This document shows positions 36,312-47,167 of a stretch of 64,000 bases of DNA, piece after piece. Every line of letters begins with the position of its first letter. The first letter of the stretch is position 1. The translations under genes were made by a program, and so were the position numbers. Origin of the DNA: Dehalococcoidia bacterium (GTDB lineage: Bacteria; Chloroflexota; Dehalococcoidia; UBA2979); the NCBI GenBank assembly GCA_041390685.1, contig JAWKPL010000001.1, positions 2,545,269 through 2,609,268 of the forward strand, written 5' to 3'. The notes beneath the pieces were generated by a model that had not been told where the DNA came from, made no database searches, and was given only the letters and a program-made list of their open reading frames with translations.

Positions 36312-38663
36312 GTGCCCCTCGACTGGTCGCGCGGACTCGACGCCGCCCGCCTCGCTGCCGGCGTCGCACGCGCCACGTACGTGACGCTCCGTAAGACCGC
36401 CCACCCCGTCGAGGACGGCACGCTCGCAGTCGCCGGCCTCGACGCACCCGTCGAAGTGCTACGCGACCGCTACGGCGTCCCCCACATCGTCGCCACCACC
36501 GAGCGCGATGCCTTCTTCGGCCAGGGCTTCGTCCACGCCCAGGACAGGCTCTTCCAGATGGACGCGATGCGCCACGCCGCCGCCGGCCGCGTCTCCGAGT
36601 GGGCCGGCCGTGCGGGCCTCGAAGCCGACCGCTTCATGCGCCGCCTCGGCTTCGCCGACATCGCCGGCCGCGACCTCGCCGCCACCGGTCACGAGGAGCG
36701 CGACCTGTTGTTCGCCTACGCCCGGGGCGTGAACGCCGCCATTCGCACGCTCCCCGCGCTGCCGCCCGAGTACGCCGTCCTCGGCGCGAAGCCGGAGCCC
36801 TGGCATCCCGAACACTCGATGCTGCTCGGACGTTTCGTGCTCTTCTCGTTCGCAGTGAACTGGGACACCGAGTTGCTCCGCGAGCGCCTCCTCCGCGGCC
36901 TCGGCGCCGAGCGCGCCGCGCTCATCGACCCGGCCTATCCCGAGCACGCGTACGCTTCGGCCGGCGTCCCGATTGGCCCCGCCGCCGAGCGGCTGCTGGG
37001 GGCCTACGAAGCCGCCCTCGAGGCGGGCCTCGACGTCGACGGCGCCTCGAACGCCTGGGCCGTCAGCGCACGTCGCACGACCACCGGCGCCCCGCTCCTC
37101 GCCAGCGACCCCCACCTGGAGTCCCGCATGCCCGGCCTGCTGCACGTGTCCCACGTGCGAGGCGGGCGCTTCGACTGCATCGGCGCGGGCGTGGCCGGCA
37201 TTCCCGGCATCGCCATGGGCCACAGCCGCGACATCGCCTGGGGCATCACGGCCGGTCTCGCCGACGTCAGCGACTGCTACATCGAGACCGTCGACCCCGC
37301 CGACCCGACGCGCTACCTCACGCCCGACGGCTGGCGTACTGGGCGCACCCGCATCGAGCGCATCCGCGTCCGCGGCGGCCGTACTGTCGAGGAGCGCGTC
37401 CTGGAGACGCGACACGGGCCGGTCATCGGTCCCGCCGTCCGAGGCGAAGACCGGGCGGTGGCGCTACGCTCCACGGCCCTCGAGCCGGGCGACCCGCTCG
37501 GCCCCGTGCTCGACCTCAGCCGCGCCACGACCGTCGAGGAGTTCGAAGCCGCCGTCGCGCGGCGGCCCGGCGTGCCCTTCAACTACGTCTATGCCGCCCG
37601 CGATGGCCGCATCGGCTACCGCATGTCGGGCCGCATCCCGAAGCGTGAGCACGGTCAGGGTCTGTTGCCTCAGGATGGCGCGCGCTCACCCGGCCCGCCG
37701 CCCTGCCTCAACCCCGAGGACATGCCCCGCCTCCTCGACCCCGCGGCGGGCTTCGTGGCGAACAGCAACAACGCGCCCGGAGGCGACTACGAGCTGGGCG
37801 CGGACTGGTGCGAGCCATGGCGCGTCGAGCGCGTCGTCGCGCTCCTCGAGGCCACGCCGGTGCATTCCGTTGCTTCGTTCCAGGCCATCCAGGTCGACGT
37901 GTACTCGGGGGCGCTGGCCCGCCTGCGCGATCTCCTCATCGACGCCCTCCCGTCCGAGGACGAGACGCGCCGCTTCCTCGCCGCCTGGGATGGCACGTTG
38001 GGCACGGACAGCGCGGCCGCGGCCCTCGTGGCGCGCACCTACCAGCATCTCGCCCGGAGCCTCGCCACGCGGCTGGCCGGGCCCTACGCCTCGACAGCCC
38101 TCGGCAGTGGCCTCGGCATCATCGGCGGTGGTTCGTTCGGCTACCGCCTCCAGGGCGCCGTCCTCGACGCCCTCGCCACCCCCGAGCCTCCCCGCTTCGC
38201 CGGCGCGGCCGACCGCGACCGTGCCCTCAGGGCCGCGTTCGACGCCGCACTCGCCTCCCTCGAGGGAGAACAAGGGTCCGCACGCTCGCACTGGCAGTGG
38301 GGCAACGCCCACCGCTGGCGCCTGCCCCACCTCCTCGAGCACGTCCCCGGCCTCGGCCGCTGGTACTCGCGAGGGCCCTACCCCTTCCCCGGCGACGGCA
38401 ACACCGTGCTCCAGGCCGGCTACGGCGTCGCTGCCGGGACCGGCCGCGTCACGACGCTACCCGGCTACCGGCAGGTCATCGACCTCGCGGACTTCGATCG
38501 CTCGGTCTTCCAGCTCTCGACGGGCAACTCCGGCATCCCCGGCCACCCTCGCTACGACGACTGCATCGAGGAGTTCGTCGCCGGACGCTACCGCTCGCTG
38601 CTGTACGCTCCGGATGCGATCGAGGCGGCGCTGGAGCACCGCCTGCGCTTGGAGCCCGCATGA
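36312..38663 (+). CDS. penicillin acylase family protein (peptidase S45, Ntn-hydrolase)
   Basis: 783 aa (VPHIVATTERDAFFGQGFVHAQDRLFQMD, beta-subunit N-terminal SNAWAV). Confidence 0.85.
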   Translation: MPLDWSRGLDAARLAAGVARATYVTLRKTAHPVEDGTLAVAGLDAPVEVLRDRYGVPHIVATTERDAFFGQGFVHAQDRLFQMDAMRHAAAGRVSEWAGRAGLEADRFMRRLGFADIAGRDLAATGHEERDLLFAYARGVNAAIRTLPALPPEYAVLGAKPEPWHPEHSMLLGRFVLFSFAVNWDTELLRERLLRGLGAERAALIDPAYPEHAYASAGVPIGPAAERLLGAYEAALEAGLDVDGASNAWAVSARRTTTGAPLLASDPHLESRMPGLLHVSHVRGGRFDCIGAGVAGIPGIAMGHSRDIAWGITAGLADVSDCYIETVDPADPTRYLTPDGWRTGRTRIERIRVRGGRTVEERVLETRHGPVIGPAVRGEDRAVALRSTALEPGDPLGPVLDLSRATTVEEFEAAVARRPGVPFNYVYAARDGRIGYRMSGRIPKREHGQGLLPQDGARSPGPPPCLNPEDMPRLLDPAAGFVANSNNAPGGDYELGADWCEPWRVERVVALLEATPVHSVASFQAIQVDVYSGALARLRDLLIDALPSEDETRRFLAAWDGTLGTDSAAAALVARTYQHLARSLATRLAGPYASTALGSGLGIIGGGSFGYRLQGAVLDALATPEPPRFAGAADRDRALRAAFDAALASLEGEQGSARSHWQWGNAHRWRLPHLLEHVPGLGRWYSRGPYPFPGDGNTVLQAGYGVAAGTGRVTTLPGYRQVIDLADFDRSVFQLSTGNSGIPGHPRYDDCIEEFVAGRYRSLLYAPDAIEAALEHRLRLEPA

Positions 38664-39676
38664 CTCACTCCCTCGCCGGCCGCTTCGAGCGCTACCGGCC
38701 GCTGGTCATTGACGAGATGCGCGCCGTCGTCGGCGACGACACCACGCGGCTGTCTGCCTGGATGCGCTACCACCTCGGATGGGAGGACGCCGCCGGCCGG
38801 CCCCTCGATGGCGCCTCCGGAAAGCTGCTGCGCCCCTCCGCCCTCCTGCTCGCGACCGAACTCGTTGGCGGCTCCATCGAGGAGGCACTGCCCGCCGCGG
38901 CCGCCGTCGAGCTGGTCCACAACTTCTCCCTGCTCCACGACGACGTCGAGGACCGTAGCGAACGCCGTCACGGGCGCCCTGCTCTGTGGACGTTCGCCGG
39001 CGTGCCTCAGGCCATCAACACCGGCGACGGCATGTACACCCTCGCCCGCCTGGCGATGCACCGCCTGCTCGAGGCCGGCCTCGAGGAACGCCGCGTCCTC
39101 GAGTCCATGCGCGAACTCGACGAGGCATGCCTCCGCCTCGTCGAGGGGCAGTACCTCGACATCTCCTTCGAGGACCGCAACGACGTCACGCGCGCCGAGT
39201 ACCTCGCGATGACCGCCGGTAAGACCGCCGCGATGTTCTCCGCGCCGTTTGCCATCGGCGCGCTCCTCGGCGGCGCCTCCGGTGACCTCGTCACGGCATT
39301 CCGCGAGTTCGGTTACCACGTCGGCCTCGCCTTCCAGGCCATGGACGATATCCTCGGCATCTGGGGCGAGCCCGAGGTCACTGGCAAGCCCGTCGGCGAC
39401 GACCTCGCCTCCCGCAAGATGACCTACCCCGTCATCGCCGCCATGGCATCGCCCGCCGTCGGCGCCGCCCTCGTCGAGGCCTACGCCGAGCCCACCGCTA
39501 CGGTCGAATCCCTGCGCGAGCTGGTCGTCCAGGGCGAGGGCCGCACTCACACCGAGCACTTCATGCAGAGCGCCGTCGAATCTGCCCTCGCCGCACTCGG
39601 CGCCGCGGCGCTCTCCCCTGCCGCAGAAGCCCTCTTCGAGGAGTTCGCGCGTCTCGCCTCCGCGCGCGTCCGCTGA
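38660..39676 (+). CDS. polyprenyl synthetase family protein (trans-isoprenyl diphosphate synthase)
   Basis: 338 aa from ATG 38660 (overlaps acylase stop, ATGA). FARM LLHDDVED and SARM DDILG motifs. Confidence 0.85.
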   Translation: MTHSLAGRFERYRPLVIDEMRAVVGDDTTRLSAWMRYHLGWEDAAGRPLDGASGKLLRPSALLLATELVGGSIEEALPAAAAVELVHNFSLLHDDVEDRSERRHGRPALWTFAGVPQAINTGDGMYTLARLAMHRLLEAGLEERRVLESMRELDEACLRLVEGQYLDISFEDRNDVTRAEYLAMTAGKTAAMFSAPFAIGALLGGASGDLVTAFREFGYHVGLAFQAMDDILGIWGEPEVTGKPVGDDLASRKMTYPVIAAMASPAVGAALVEAYAEPTATVESLRELVVQGEGRTHTEHFMQSAVESALAALGAAALSPAAEALFEEFARLASARVR

Positions 39677-39781
39677 TCGGCGCTCGCACGGTTCGAGTGT
39701 GGTGGACAGCACCCCGACAATCTGGCCAGTAGCGGTCGATGTGCTAGCGTCGATCGAGACGGTCGCGGCCTCGGCCGCTGG

Positions 39782-40984
39782 ATGCTGGAGAGCGTGGTGA
39801 AGAAGAAGACCATCCGCGACATCGACCTGCAGGGCCAGCGCGTGCTCCTCCGGGTCGACTACAACGTCCAGGTGGAGAACGGCCGTATCGTCGACGATAC
39901 GAGGCTCCGCGAGTCCCTTCCCACCATCCATGAGCTGCGTAAGGCGGGCGCCTGCGTCATCGTCTGCTCGCACCGCGGGCGCCCCCGTGGCGGCATCGAC
40001 GAGTCGCTCCGCAACGCCCCCGTGGCCCTCCATCTCACCGAGATGCTCGGCGTCCCGGTCCGCACGGCTCAGGACTGCATCGGGCCCGAGGCCGAGGCTC
40101 AGGCCGCTGCGTTGCGACCCGGCGATGTCCTGATGCTCGAGAACGTCCGCTTCCACCCCGAGGAGGAAGCCAACAACGACGAGTTCGCGCGCGCCCTCGC
40201 CCGCCTCGGCGACGTCTTCGTGAACGACGCGTTCGGCACCGCCCACCGTGCCCACGCCTCCACCGTCGGCGTCACGAAGTACCTGCCCTCCGTCGCCGGG
40301 CTCCTGCTCGAGCGCGAAGTCGATTACCTGACGAAGGTCACCGACAGCCCGGAACGCCCCTTCGGCATCGTCCTCGGCGGCTCCAAGGTCTCCGACAAGA
40401 TCGCCATCCTGGAAAACCTCACCCGCTGCGCCGATGTCATCTGCATCGGTGGCGCGATCGCGAACACGTTCCTGAAGGCCCGCGGCATCGACGTCGCCGA
40501 CTCCCTCGTCGAGAACGACGGCCTCGCCGGCGCCCGTTACATCATGGCGCTCGCCGAGCATCGAGGTGACATCGAGATCGTCCTCCCCTCGGACGTGGTC
40601 GTCGCCTTCGGCGGTGCCGAGGGCGCGCTCGTGCGCACCGTCTCCGTCGCCCAGGTGCCGGTGAACTGGCGCATCCTCGATGTGGGTCCCGGCACGGTGC
40701 AGTCCTTCGCCAGTGCCCTCCAGCGCTGTAAGACGGTCGTCTGGAACGGGCCCATGGGCCTCTTTGAACGCGAGCCCTTCGACCGCGGTTCGATGGCCGT
40801 CGCCCGCGTCCTCGGCGAGCTCCGCTCCGCCACCACCGTGGTCGGCGGTGGCGAGACGGTCGCCGCCCTCCGCCGTGCGCACGTCGCGGAGCGCATCTCA
40901 CACGTCTCGACCGGGGGCGGCGCGTCACTCGCGATGCTGCAGGGCAAGCCGCTTCCCGCCGTAGACGCGCTGCTCGATGCGTGA
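39782..40984 (+). CDS. pgk: phosphoglycerate kinase
   Basis: 400 aa (RVDYNVQVENGRIVDDTRLRESLPTI, GGGASL). Confidence 0.95.
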   Translation: MLESVVKKKTIRDIDLQGQRVLLRVDYNVQVENGRIVDDTRLRESLPTIHELRKAGACVIVCSHRGRPRGGIDESLRNAPVALHLTEMLGVPVRTAQDCIGPEAEAQAAALRPGDVLMLENVRFHPEEEANNDEFARALARLGDVFVNDAFGTAHRAHASTVGVTKYLPSVAGLLLEREVDYLTKVTDSPERPFGIVLGGSKVSDKIAILENLTRCADVICIGGAIANTFLKARGIDVADSLVENDGLAGARYIMALAEHRGDIEIVLPSDVVVAFGGAEGALVRTVSVAQVPVNWRILDVGPGTVQSFASALQRCKTVVWNGPMGLFEREPFDRGSMAVARVLGELRSATTVVGGGETVAALRRAHVAERISHVSTGGGASLAMLQGKPLPAVDALLDA

Positions 40985-41016
40985 CGCCCGCCGAGACGGC
41001 CCGGTAGCATAGCGCC

Positions 41017-42219
41017 ATGGACATTGACCTCATCCGCCGGCTCTCCATCCCGGGAGAGTCCAAAGTGCTCCTGTGCGTGCTCGACGGTCTCGGCGGCCTC
41101 CCCGGCCCCCGCGGCCGCAGCGAGCTCGAGGAAGCGCATCCGCGCCACCTCGACCGCCTTGCCGAGGAAGGCGCCGTCGGCCAGACGATCCCGGTCGGCT
41201 ACGGCATCACCCCTGGTTCCGGCCCCGGGCATCTCGCGCTCTTCGGCTACGACCCGCTCGTGTACGAGGTCGGCCGCGGCGTCCTCGAGGCCACCGGCAT
41301 CGACTTCGCCCTCGAAGGCGACGACCTCGCCGCCCGCGGCAATCTCTGCACGGTCGACGCAGAAGGCGTGATCGTCGACCGGCGCGCCGGTCGCGTCGCC
41401 ACCGAGGTCACCGCGGAGATCTGCGCCGAGCTCGAGTCGTCGATCTCGCTCCCCGGCGTGCGCGTCTTCGTCCGGCCCGTCCGCGAGCACCGCTTCGTCC
41501 TCGTCCTCCGCGGCGAGGGCCTGAGCGACGCCATCACCGAGACCGACCCCCAGCGGGAGGGCGTCCGCCCCCGCCGCGCGGAAGCGAAGGCCATCGAGGC
41601 CTCCCGCACCGCCGAGCTGGTCAACCAGTTCGTCGCCGACGCCGGTCGGCTCCTCGCGAAGCGCGACCAGGCCAACGGCATGACCCTGCGCGGCTGGGCG
41701 AAGCGACCCGACCTCCCGCAGATGCCCGATCTCTGGAAGCTCCGCGCCGCCGCTGTCGCCGTCTACCCGATGTACCGAGGGCTCGCCCGGCTCGTCGGCA
41801 TGGACGTCCTCGACGCCGGCGCGAACATGGAGTCACAGATCGAGGCGCTCCGCCGCCACTGGGACCAGTACGACTTCTTCTTCCTCCATTACAAGTACAC
41901 GGACTCCGCCGGTGAGGATGGCGACTTCGCGCGCAAGCAACAGGCCATCCGCGACTTCGATGCCTGCGTGCCGTCCCTCCAGACACTCCGCCCGAACGTG
42001 ATGGTCGTCACCGGTGACCACTCCACGCCTTCGATGATGGCCGCGCATTCGTGGCACCCCGTCCCCTTCCTCCTCCGAGGTGACAACGTGCGCGTTGACG
42101 CGGCGAACCGCTTCAACGAGGTCGAGTGCTCGCGCGGAGGCTTCGGCACCTTCCCCGCGAAGGAGGTCCTCCCGCTCGCCTTCGCCCACGCCGGCCGCAT
42201 GACGAAGTACGGCGCCTGA
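41017..42219 (+). CDS. apgM: 2,3-bisphosphoglycerate-independent phosphoglycerate mutase, archaeal-type (ApgM)
   Basis: 400 aa (KVLLCVLDGLGGLP..., TGDHSTPS). Confidence 0.88.
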   Translation: MDIDLIRRLSIPGESKVLLCVLDGLGGLPGPRGRSELEEAHPRHLDRLAEEGAVGQTIPVGYGITPGSGPGHLALFGYDPLVYEVGRGVLEATGIDFALEGDDLAARGNLCTVDAEGVIVDRRAGRVATEVTAEICAELESSISLPGVRVFVRPVREHRFVLVLRGEGLSDAITETDPQREGVRPRRAEAKAIEASRTAELVNQFVADAGRLLAKRDQANGMTLRGWAKRPDLPQMPDLWKLRAAAVAVYPMYRGLARLVGMDVLDAGANMESQIEALRRHWDQYDFFFLHYKYTDSAGEDGDFARKQQAIRDFDACVPSLQTLRPNVMVVTGDHSTPSMMAAHSWHPVPFLLRGDNVRVDAANRFNEVECSRGGFGTFPAKEVLPLAFAHAGRMTKYGA

Positions 42220-42989
42220 TGCCGCTCCGCCGCCCCATCGTCGCCGGCAACTGGAAGATGCACCTCGACCGCTCCGCCGCGGCCGACCTTGTCGCGGCCC
42301 TTCGAGGCGCACTTGACGGCCTCGCCGGCATCGACGTCGTGCTCTGTCCGCCGCTGCCATGGCTGCCCGACACGGCCGACCGCCTGCGGGGCAGCACGCT
42401 CGAGGTCGGCGCACAGAACGTCTACTGGGAGCCCCACGGCGCCTACACCGGCGAGGTGAGCGCCGCGATGCTCGCCGGCCTCGTCGACTACGTAATCATC
42501 GGCCACTCCGAGCGTCGCCACGTCTTCGGCGAGACCGACGAGGAGACCGCGAAGAAGCTCGATGCCGTTCTCGGCCTCGGCATGCGCCCCATCCTCGCCG
42601 TGGGCGAGTTGCGCGAGGAACGCGAGGCCGGCCAGACGCCACACGTGCTTCAGCGCCAGCTGCTCGCCGCGTTCGCGGATGTCGACCGTCTCCCCGAGGA
42701 CTTCGTCGTCGCCTACGAGCCGGTCTGGGCGATTGGCACGGGCCTGACTGCCACGCCGGAGACCGCGCAGCAGGCCTGCGCCGATGTCCGCCGCATCCTC
42801 GCCGAGCGCTTCGGCGATGCCACAGCCGAGGCGTGCCGCATCCAGTACGGCGGCTCGGTGAACGCCGAGAACGCGGCCGCCCTCGCCGCCGCGCCGGACA
42901 TCGACGGCCTCCTCGTCGGTGGGGCGTCCCTGAACGCCGAGGCGTTCACCACGATCTGCCGCGCCGTCGCCGCCACGAAGGGCTCGTGA
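42219..42989 (+). CDS. tpiA: triosephosphate isomerase
   Basis: 256 aa from ATG 42219, overlapping the apgM stop (MPLRRPIVAGNWKMH, IIGHSERR, AYEPVWAIGTG). Confidence 0.95.
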   Translation: MPLRRPIVAGNWKMHLDRSAAADLVAALRGALDGLAGIDVVLCPPLPWLPDTADRLRGSTLEVGAQNVYWEPHGAYTGEVSAAMLAGLVDYVIIGHSERRHVFGETDEETAKKLDAVLGLGMRPILAVGELREEREAGQTPHVLQRQLLAAFADVDRLPEDFVVAYEPVWAIGTGLTATPETAQQACADVRRILAERFGDATAEACRIQYGGSVNAENAAALAAAPDIDGLLVGGASLNAEAFTTICRAVAATKGS

Positions 42990-43918
42990 TCGCCTCCTTC
43001 CGAGGCCGCGTCGTTGCCCTCGTCGGCGCCACCGCCTCCGGCAAGACGGCCGCCGCCATCGAGGTCGCTCGCCGCCTTCCCGTCGAGGTCGTGTCGGCGG
43101 ACTCCCGCCAGGTGCGCGCGGCAATGCGCATCGGCACCGCCGCCCCCACCGACGAGGAACTCGCCGCCGTCCCCCATCACCTCGTGGGCGTCGTCGCCCC
43201 CGACGCCCCCTGGTCGCTCGCCGAGTTCCTCGCTCGCGCCCGCGCGGCCCTGGAGGACATCTGGGGCCGTGGCAGGCTCCCGCTCATCGTCGGCGGCACC
43301 GGCCAGTACGTCTGGGCGCTCCTCGAGGGCTGGCAGCCGCCTGCTGTGCCCCCTGATCCCGCCCTCCGCGCCCGCCTCGAGGGCGAGGCGGCGCGTTGCG
43401 GCCCCGCCCCCCTGATCGAGGAGCTGCGGGCGCTCGATCCCGCCGCCCTCGCCCGTGTCGACCAGCGCAATCCGCGCCGTCTCATCCGCGCGATCGAGGT
43501 CGCGAGATCCGCTGCCGCCGGCGCCGGCCCTCCGCCCGCCGTCCAGGCGCCCGAGTTCGCGTCGGCGGTCGTGGGCCTCCGCTGGGACCGCGAGCGGCTG
43601 CACGCCCGCGCGGACGCTCGCGTGGAGGCCATGTACGCCTCCGGACTGCTCGAGGAGACGCGCGCCCTCCTCGACCGCTACCCACCGGACCTCCCAGCCT
43701 TCCAGTCCATCGGCTACGCCGAGGCTGCCCGCGTCCTTCGAGCTGGATGGGATCTCGTGACCGCCATCGAGCGCACGCGAATCGAGACGCACCGCCTCAT
43801 CCGCATGCAGGCCACCTGGTTCCGCGCCGATGATCCGCGCATCCGCTGGGTCGATGGCGCTCGCGTCGACGACGTCGTGCGCGCGGTTGAGGAGGCCGCC
43901 GCTTCGCGCGTAGGATGA
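42986..43918 (+). CDS. miaA: tRNA dimethylallyltransferase
   Basis: 310 aa from GTG 42986 (overlaps tpiA stop). VVALVGATASGKTAAAIEVARRLPVEVVSADSRQV. Confidence 0.88.
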   Translation: MIASFRGRVVALVGATASGKTAAAIEVARRLPVEVVSADSRQVRAAMRIGTAAPTDEELAAVPHHLVGVVAPDAPWSLAEFLARARAALEDIWGRGRLPLIVGGTGQYVWALLEGWQPPAVPPDPALRARLEGEAARCGPAPLIEELRALDPAALARVDQRNPRRLIRAIEVARSAAAGAGPPPAVQAPEFASAVVGLRWDRERLHARADARVEAMYASGLLEETRALLDRYPPDLPAFQSIGYAEAARVLRAGWDLVTAIERTRIETHRLIRMQATWFRADDPRIRWVDGARVDDVVRAVEEAAASRVG

Positions 43919-43922
43919 TCCG

Positions 43923-44786
43923 ATGGTGACGGCGTTCCCCTTCTGGAAGCTCCACGGCACCGGCAACGACTTCGTCCTCGCTGAGGCGAATGTGGCCGAC
44001 GACGCCGCATGGCCTGCCCTCGCGCGGCGCGTCTGCGACCGCCACTTCGGTGTCGGCGCGGACGGCCTGATCTTCGTCCTCCCCTCCGAGGTCGCCGCCC
44101 GCCGCATGCGCATCTTCAACCCCGATGGCTCAGAGGCCGAGATGTGCGGCAACGGCATCCGCTGCTTCGTGAAGTACGTGCTCGACCGGGCCATCGTCGA
44201 CGCCCCCGACGGCGTCCTCACCGTAGAGACGGGCGCGGGCATCCTCGAGGCGCGCGCCACCCGCAACGACGCCGGCCGCGTGGAGTCGGTCCGCGTCAGC
44301 CTCGGCCCGCCTCGCTTCCGGCCCCAGGACATCGGCGCGCTCGTGGAGGCCCCGGCGCCCGTGCTCAACCTGCCCCTGACCGCCGCTGGCGAGCACCTCC
44401 AGCTCAACCTCGTCTCGATGGGCAACCCCCACGCCGTGGCCTTCCTTGACGCCGCGCCCGCAAGCTTCGACCTCGAGCGCATCGGCCCCGCCGTCGAGCA
44501 TGACCCGCTGTTCGCTCACCGAACCAACTTCGAGGTCGCACGCGTCCTCGACCGCGACCATGTCGAGATGCGCGTCTGGGAACGCGGCGCGGGCATCACC
44601 CTCGCCTGCGGCACCGGCGCCGCCGCCGTCGTTGTCGCCGGCCGCCTCCATGGTCTCGTCAGCGATTCCGTCGAGGTGCGCGTCCCCGGCGGGCCGCTCC
44701 GGCTGGAGTGGGACGGCGAAGGCGATGTCTACCTCGAAGGGCCCGCCGTCAGAGTCTTCGAATCCGTCTGGGAGGACGCCGAGTGA
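43923..44786 (+). CDS. dapF: diaminopimelate epimerase
   Basis: 287 aa (FWKLHGTGNDFVL, catalytic Cys motifs GNGIRC / CGTGAAA). Confidence 0.95.
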   Translation: MVTAFPFWKLHGTGNDFVLAEANVADDAAWPALARRVCDRHFGVGADGLIFVLPSEVAARRMRIFNPDGSEAEMCGNGIRCFVKYVLDRAIVDAPDGVLTVETGAGILEARATRNDAGRVESVRVSLGPPRFRPQDIGALVEAPAPVLNLPLTAAGEHLQLNLVSMGNPHAVAFLDAAPASFDLERIGPAVEHDPLFAHRTNFEVARVLDRDHVEMRVWERGAGITLACGTGAAAVVVAGRLHGLVSDSVEVRVPGGPLRLEWDGEGDVYLEGPAVRVFESVWEDAE

Positions 44787-45667
44787 CCCAGGACCGCCGC
44801 ATCATCGAGACCCGCGCCGCCGTACGGAACACGCCCCTCAAGCCGCGCGATTGGGAGTCGATCCTCGACGATGACGATACCGAGGCCGTCGAGGTCGATG
44901 GCGGCGAGATGGCCCTCGTCGTCCGCGGTGGGCAACTCCACCTCATGTTCGCCTTCGATTCCAACGAGGTGATGAAAGCCGCCTTCAACCCGATGTGGAC
45001 CGCCCTCAAACCGAAGCTCAAGCGCTTCAAGTCCTACCAGTACTGCCGCTTCGACCTCGTCGCCTTCCCCGTCCGCGAGTGGATCGACCACATGCTCGAC
45101 GAGGCCGACTTCCTCCTCCAGGGCGGCTGGACCGAGATGGAGCACCGCGACCCCGCCGACATCGCCCCGCCCGAGCCCCCAGCCGGCATCCGCATCCGCC
45201 GGGCCGCCGCCGATGACCTCCCCCGCATCCTGGAGATCGAGGCCGCCTCGTACGGCCCCTTCTCCGATGGCCCCGAGGTGACGGCCGCCCGCTTCGAGGC
45301 CGCCCCGTGGACCGGTGTGCTCGACGAGGATGGCGAGGTCGTTGCATACGCCATCAACGCTGCCGTCGACGGCAACCTCGGCCGCACGCTCTCGCTCGGT
45401 GTCGCCCCCGAGGCGCGCGGCGAGCAGCTCGGCTCCACCATGCTGCAGGCCGCCGCCTATCAACTCGCCGCCACCGGCGCGCGCCGCCTCGCCGCCACCG
45501 CTCGCCCCGATGTCCCCGGCTCCATCGACGCCGCCCGCCGCGTCGGGTACCGGCCCGGCCACAGCGGCACCGAGTTCCGCCGCTCGCTCGACGAGCGCGC
45601 GAACAAGGAGCGTCGCGAACAGCGGCACATCCAGGGCATGAAGGTCCGCTTCGGCGACTGGCGCTGA
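44783..45667 (+). CDS. GNAT family N-acetyltransferase with N-terminal extension
   Basis: 294 aa from GTG 44783 (overlaps dapF stop). The C-terminal half has GNAT motif A-like AVDGNLGRTLSLGVAPEARGEQLGSTMLQAAA. Confidence 0.55.
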   Translation: MTQDRRIIETRAAVRNTPLKPRDWESILDDDDTEAVEVDGGEMALVVRGGQLHLMFAFDSNEVMKAAFNPMWTALKPKLKRFKSYQYCRFDLVAFPVREWIDHMLDEADFLLQGGWTEMEHRDPADIAPPEPPAGIRIRRAAADDLPRILEIEAASYGPFSDGPEVTAARFEAAPWTGVLDEDGEVVAYAINAAVDGNLGRTLSLGVAPEARGEQLGSTMLQAAAYQLAATGARRLAATARPDVPGSIDAARRVGYRPGHSGTEFRRSLDERANKERREQRHIQGMKVRFGDWR

Positions 45668-45769
45668 GCGCCGCAGTAACTCATCGCGGCCGCCGGCGAC
45701 GCTGGCGTCAGCTCGCCCGCTCAGGCACTCTTTCGTCGCACCAATCGAGGTCTCACTGACGGAGGCACC

Positions 45770-46954
45770 ATGAAACTCGCTCGTCGCGTCGAGCAACTGC
45801 CGCCCTACCTCTTTGCCCGCATCTCCGAGCTCATCGCCCAGAAGCGCGCGGCGGGCGTCGATGTCATCTCGTTCGGGATCGGCGACCCCGACCTGCCAAC
45901 GCCCGATTACATCCTCGACAGCCTGAAGCGCGCCGCCGACGTGCCGGTCAACCACCGCTACCCCGAGACCGAGGGCTTGCCCGAGTTTCGCCAGGCCGTC
46001 GCGCGTTGGTACGAGCGCCGCCACAGCGTCCAGCTCGACCCCGAGCGCGAGGTCGTCTCGCTCATCGGCTCGAAGGAGGGCATCGGTCACCTCCCACTCT
46101 GTCTCGTCGACCCCGGTGACGTCGTCCTCATCACCGACCCGGGCTACCCGGTCTACGAGATCGGCACGATGTTCTGCGGCGGCGAGTCCGTCAAAGTCCC
46201 CCTGCGCGAGGAGGACGGCTGGCTGCCCCGCTTCGAGGACATCCCCGCCGATATCGCCGGCCGAGCGAAGATCATCTGGCTCAACTACCCCAACAACCCC
46301 ACCGGCGCCGTCGCCGACCTCGCCTTCTACGAGCAGGCCGTCGCCTGGGCGAAGGCACACGACGTCGTGATCGCCCATGACCTCGCCTACTCCGAGGTCA
46401 CCTACGACGGCTACGTCGCCCCCTCCATCCTCGAGGTCGACGGCGCCCGCGACGTCGCCATCGAGTTCAACTCGCTCTCCAAGTCCTTCAACATGACCGG
46501 CTGGCGCATCGGCATGGCCGTCGGCAACGCCACCCTCGTCGACGCCCTCCGGCGCGTGAAGTCGAACCTCGACAGCGGCGTCCCGCAGGCCGTCCAGCAG
46601 ATGGCCATCACCGCCCTCGATGGCCCGCCCGACGCCATCACTTCACATAACGATACGTACCGTCGCCGCCGTGACCGTGTCGTCGAGGTGCTCCGCCAGC
46701 TCGGACTCCGCGTTGACCCGCCGAAGGCCTCGCTCTACGTCTGGGCCCGCCTCCCCGAGGGTGAGCGCTCCTCCGCCGACTACGCCGGACGCCTGATCGA
46801 CGCTACCGGCGTCGTCGTCACCCCGGGTGTCAGCTACGGTGCGGCAGGGGAGGGCTACATCCGCCTCTCGCTGACCCTTCCGGACGACCGCGTGGAGGAG
46901 GGCCTCCGCCGCCTCTCCGCGTTCGCTCGCGGCGAACAGGTGCTCGACGCCTGA
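45770..46954 (+). CDS. dapL: LL-diaminopimelate aminotransferase (DapL-type) / class I aminotransferase
   Basis: 394 aa (ISFGIGDPDLPTP..., SLSKSFNMTGWRIG). Adjacent to dapF. Confidence 0.75.
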   Translation: MKLARRVEQLPPYLFARISELIAQKRAAGVDVISFGIGDPDLPTPDYILDSLKRAADVPVNHRYPETEGLPEFRQAVARWYERRHSVQLDPEREVVSLIGSKEGIGHLPLCLVDPGDVVLITDPGYPVYEIGTMFCGGESVKVPLREEDGWLPRFEDIPADIAGRAKIIWLNYPNNPTGAVADLAFYEQAVAWAKAHDVVIAHDLAYSEVTYDGYVAPSILEVDGARDVAIEFNSLSKSFNMTGWRIGMAVGNATLVDALRRVKSNLDSGVPQAVQQMAITALDGPPDAITSHNDTYRRRRDRVVEVLRQLGLRVDPPKASLYVWARLPEGERSSADYAGRLIDATGVVVTPGVSYGAAGEGYIRLSLTLPDDRVEEGLRRLSAFARGEQVLDA

Positions 46955-47167
46955 CCAGATGCGTTACGATCGAGGGCAACCCATGAGCTGCGGAGGCCGC
47001 TGATTCCTCGACGTCGCCCATTTCGCACCAACGACACAGCAGCCATCGGCAGCGGCGCCCGCGCCCGCGTCTCGAGGAGCAACGGCGCCCGCGGCGACGG
47101 CGTCTCCACCGCTCCGGTCAAAGAGCGCGCCTACCTCGTCGGCCTCGACCACGGCCAGAACGGCCTC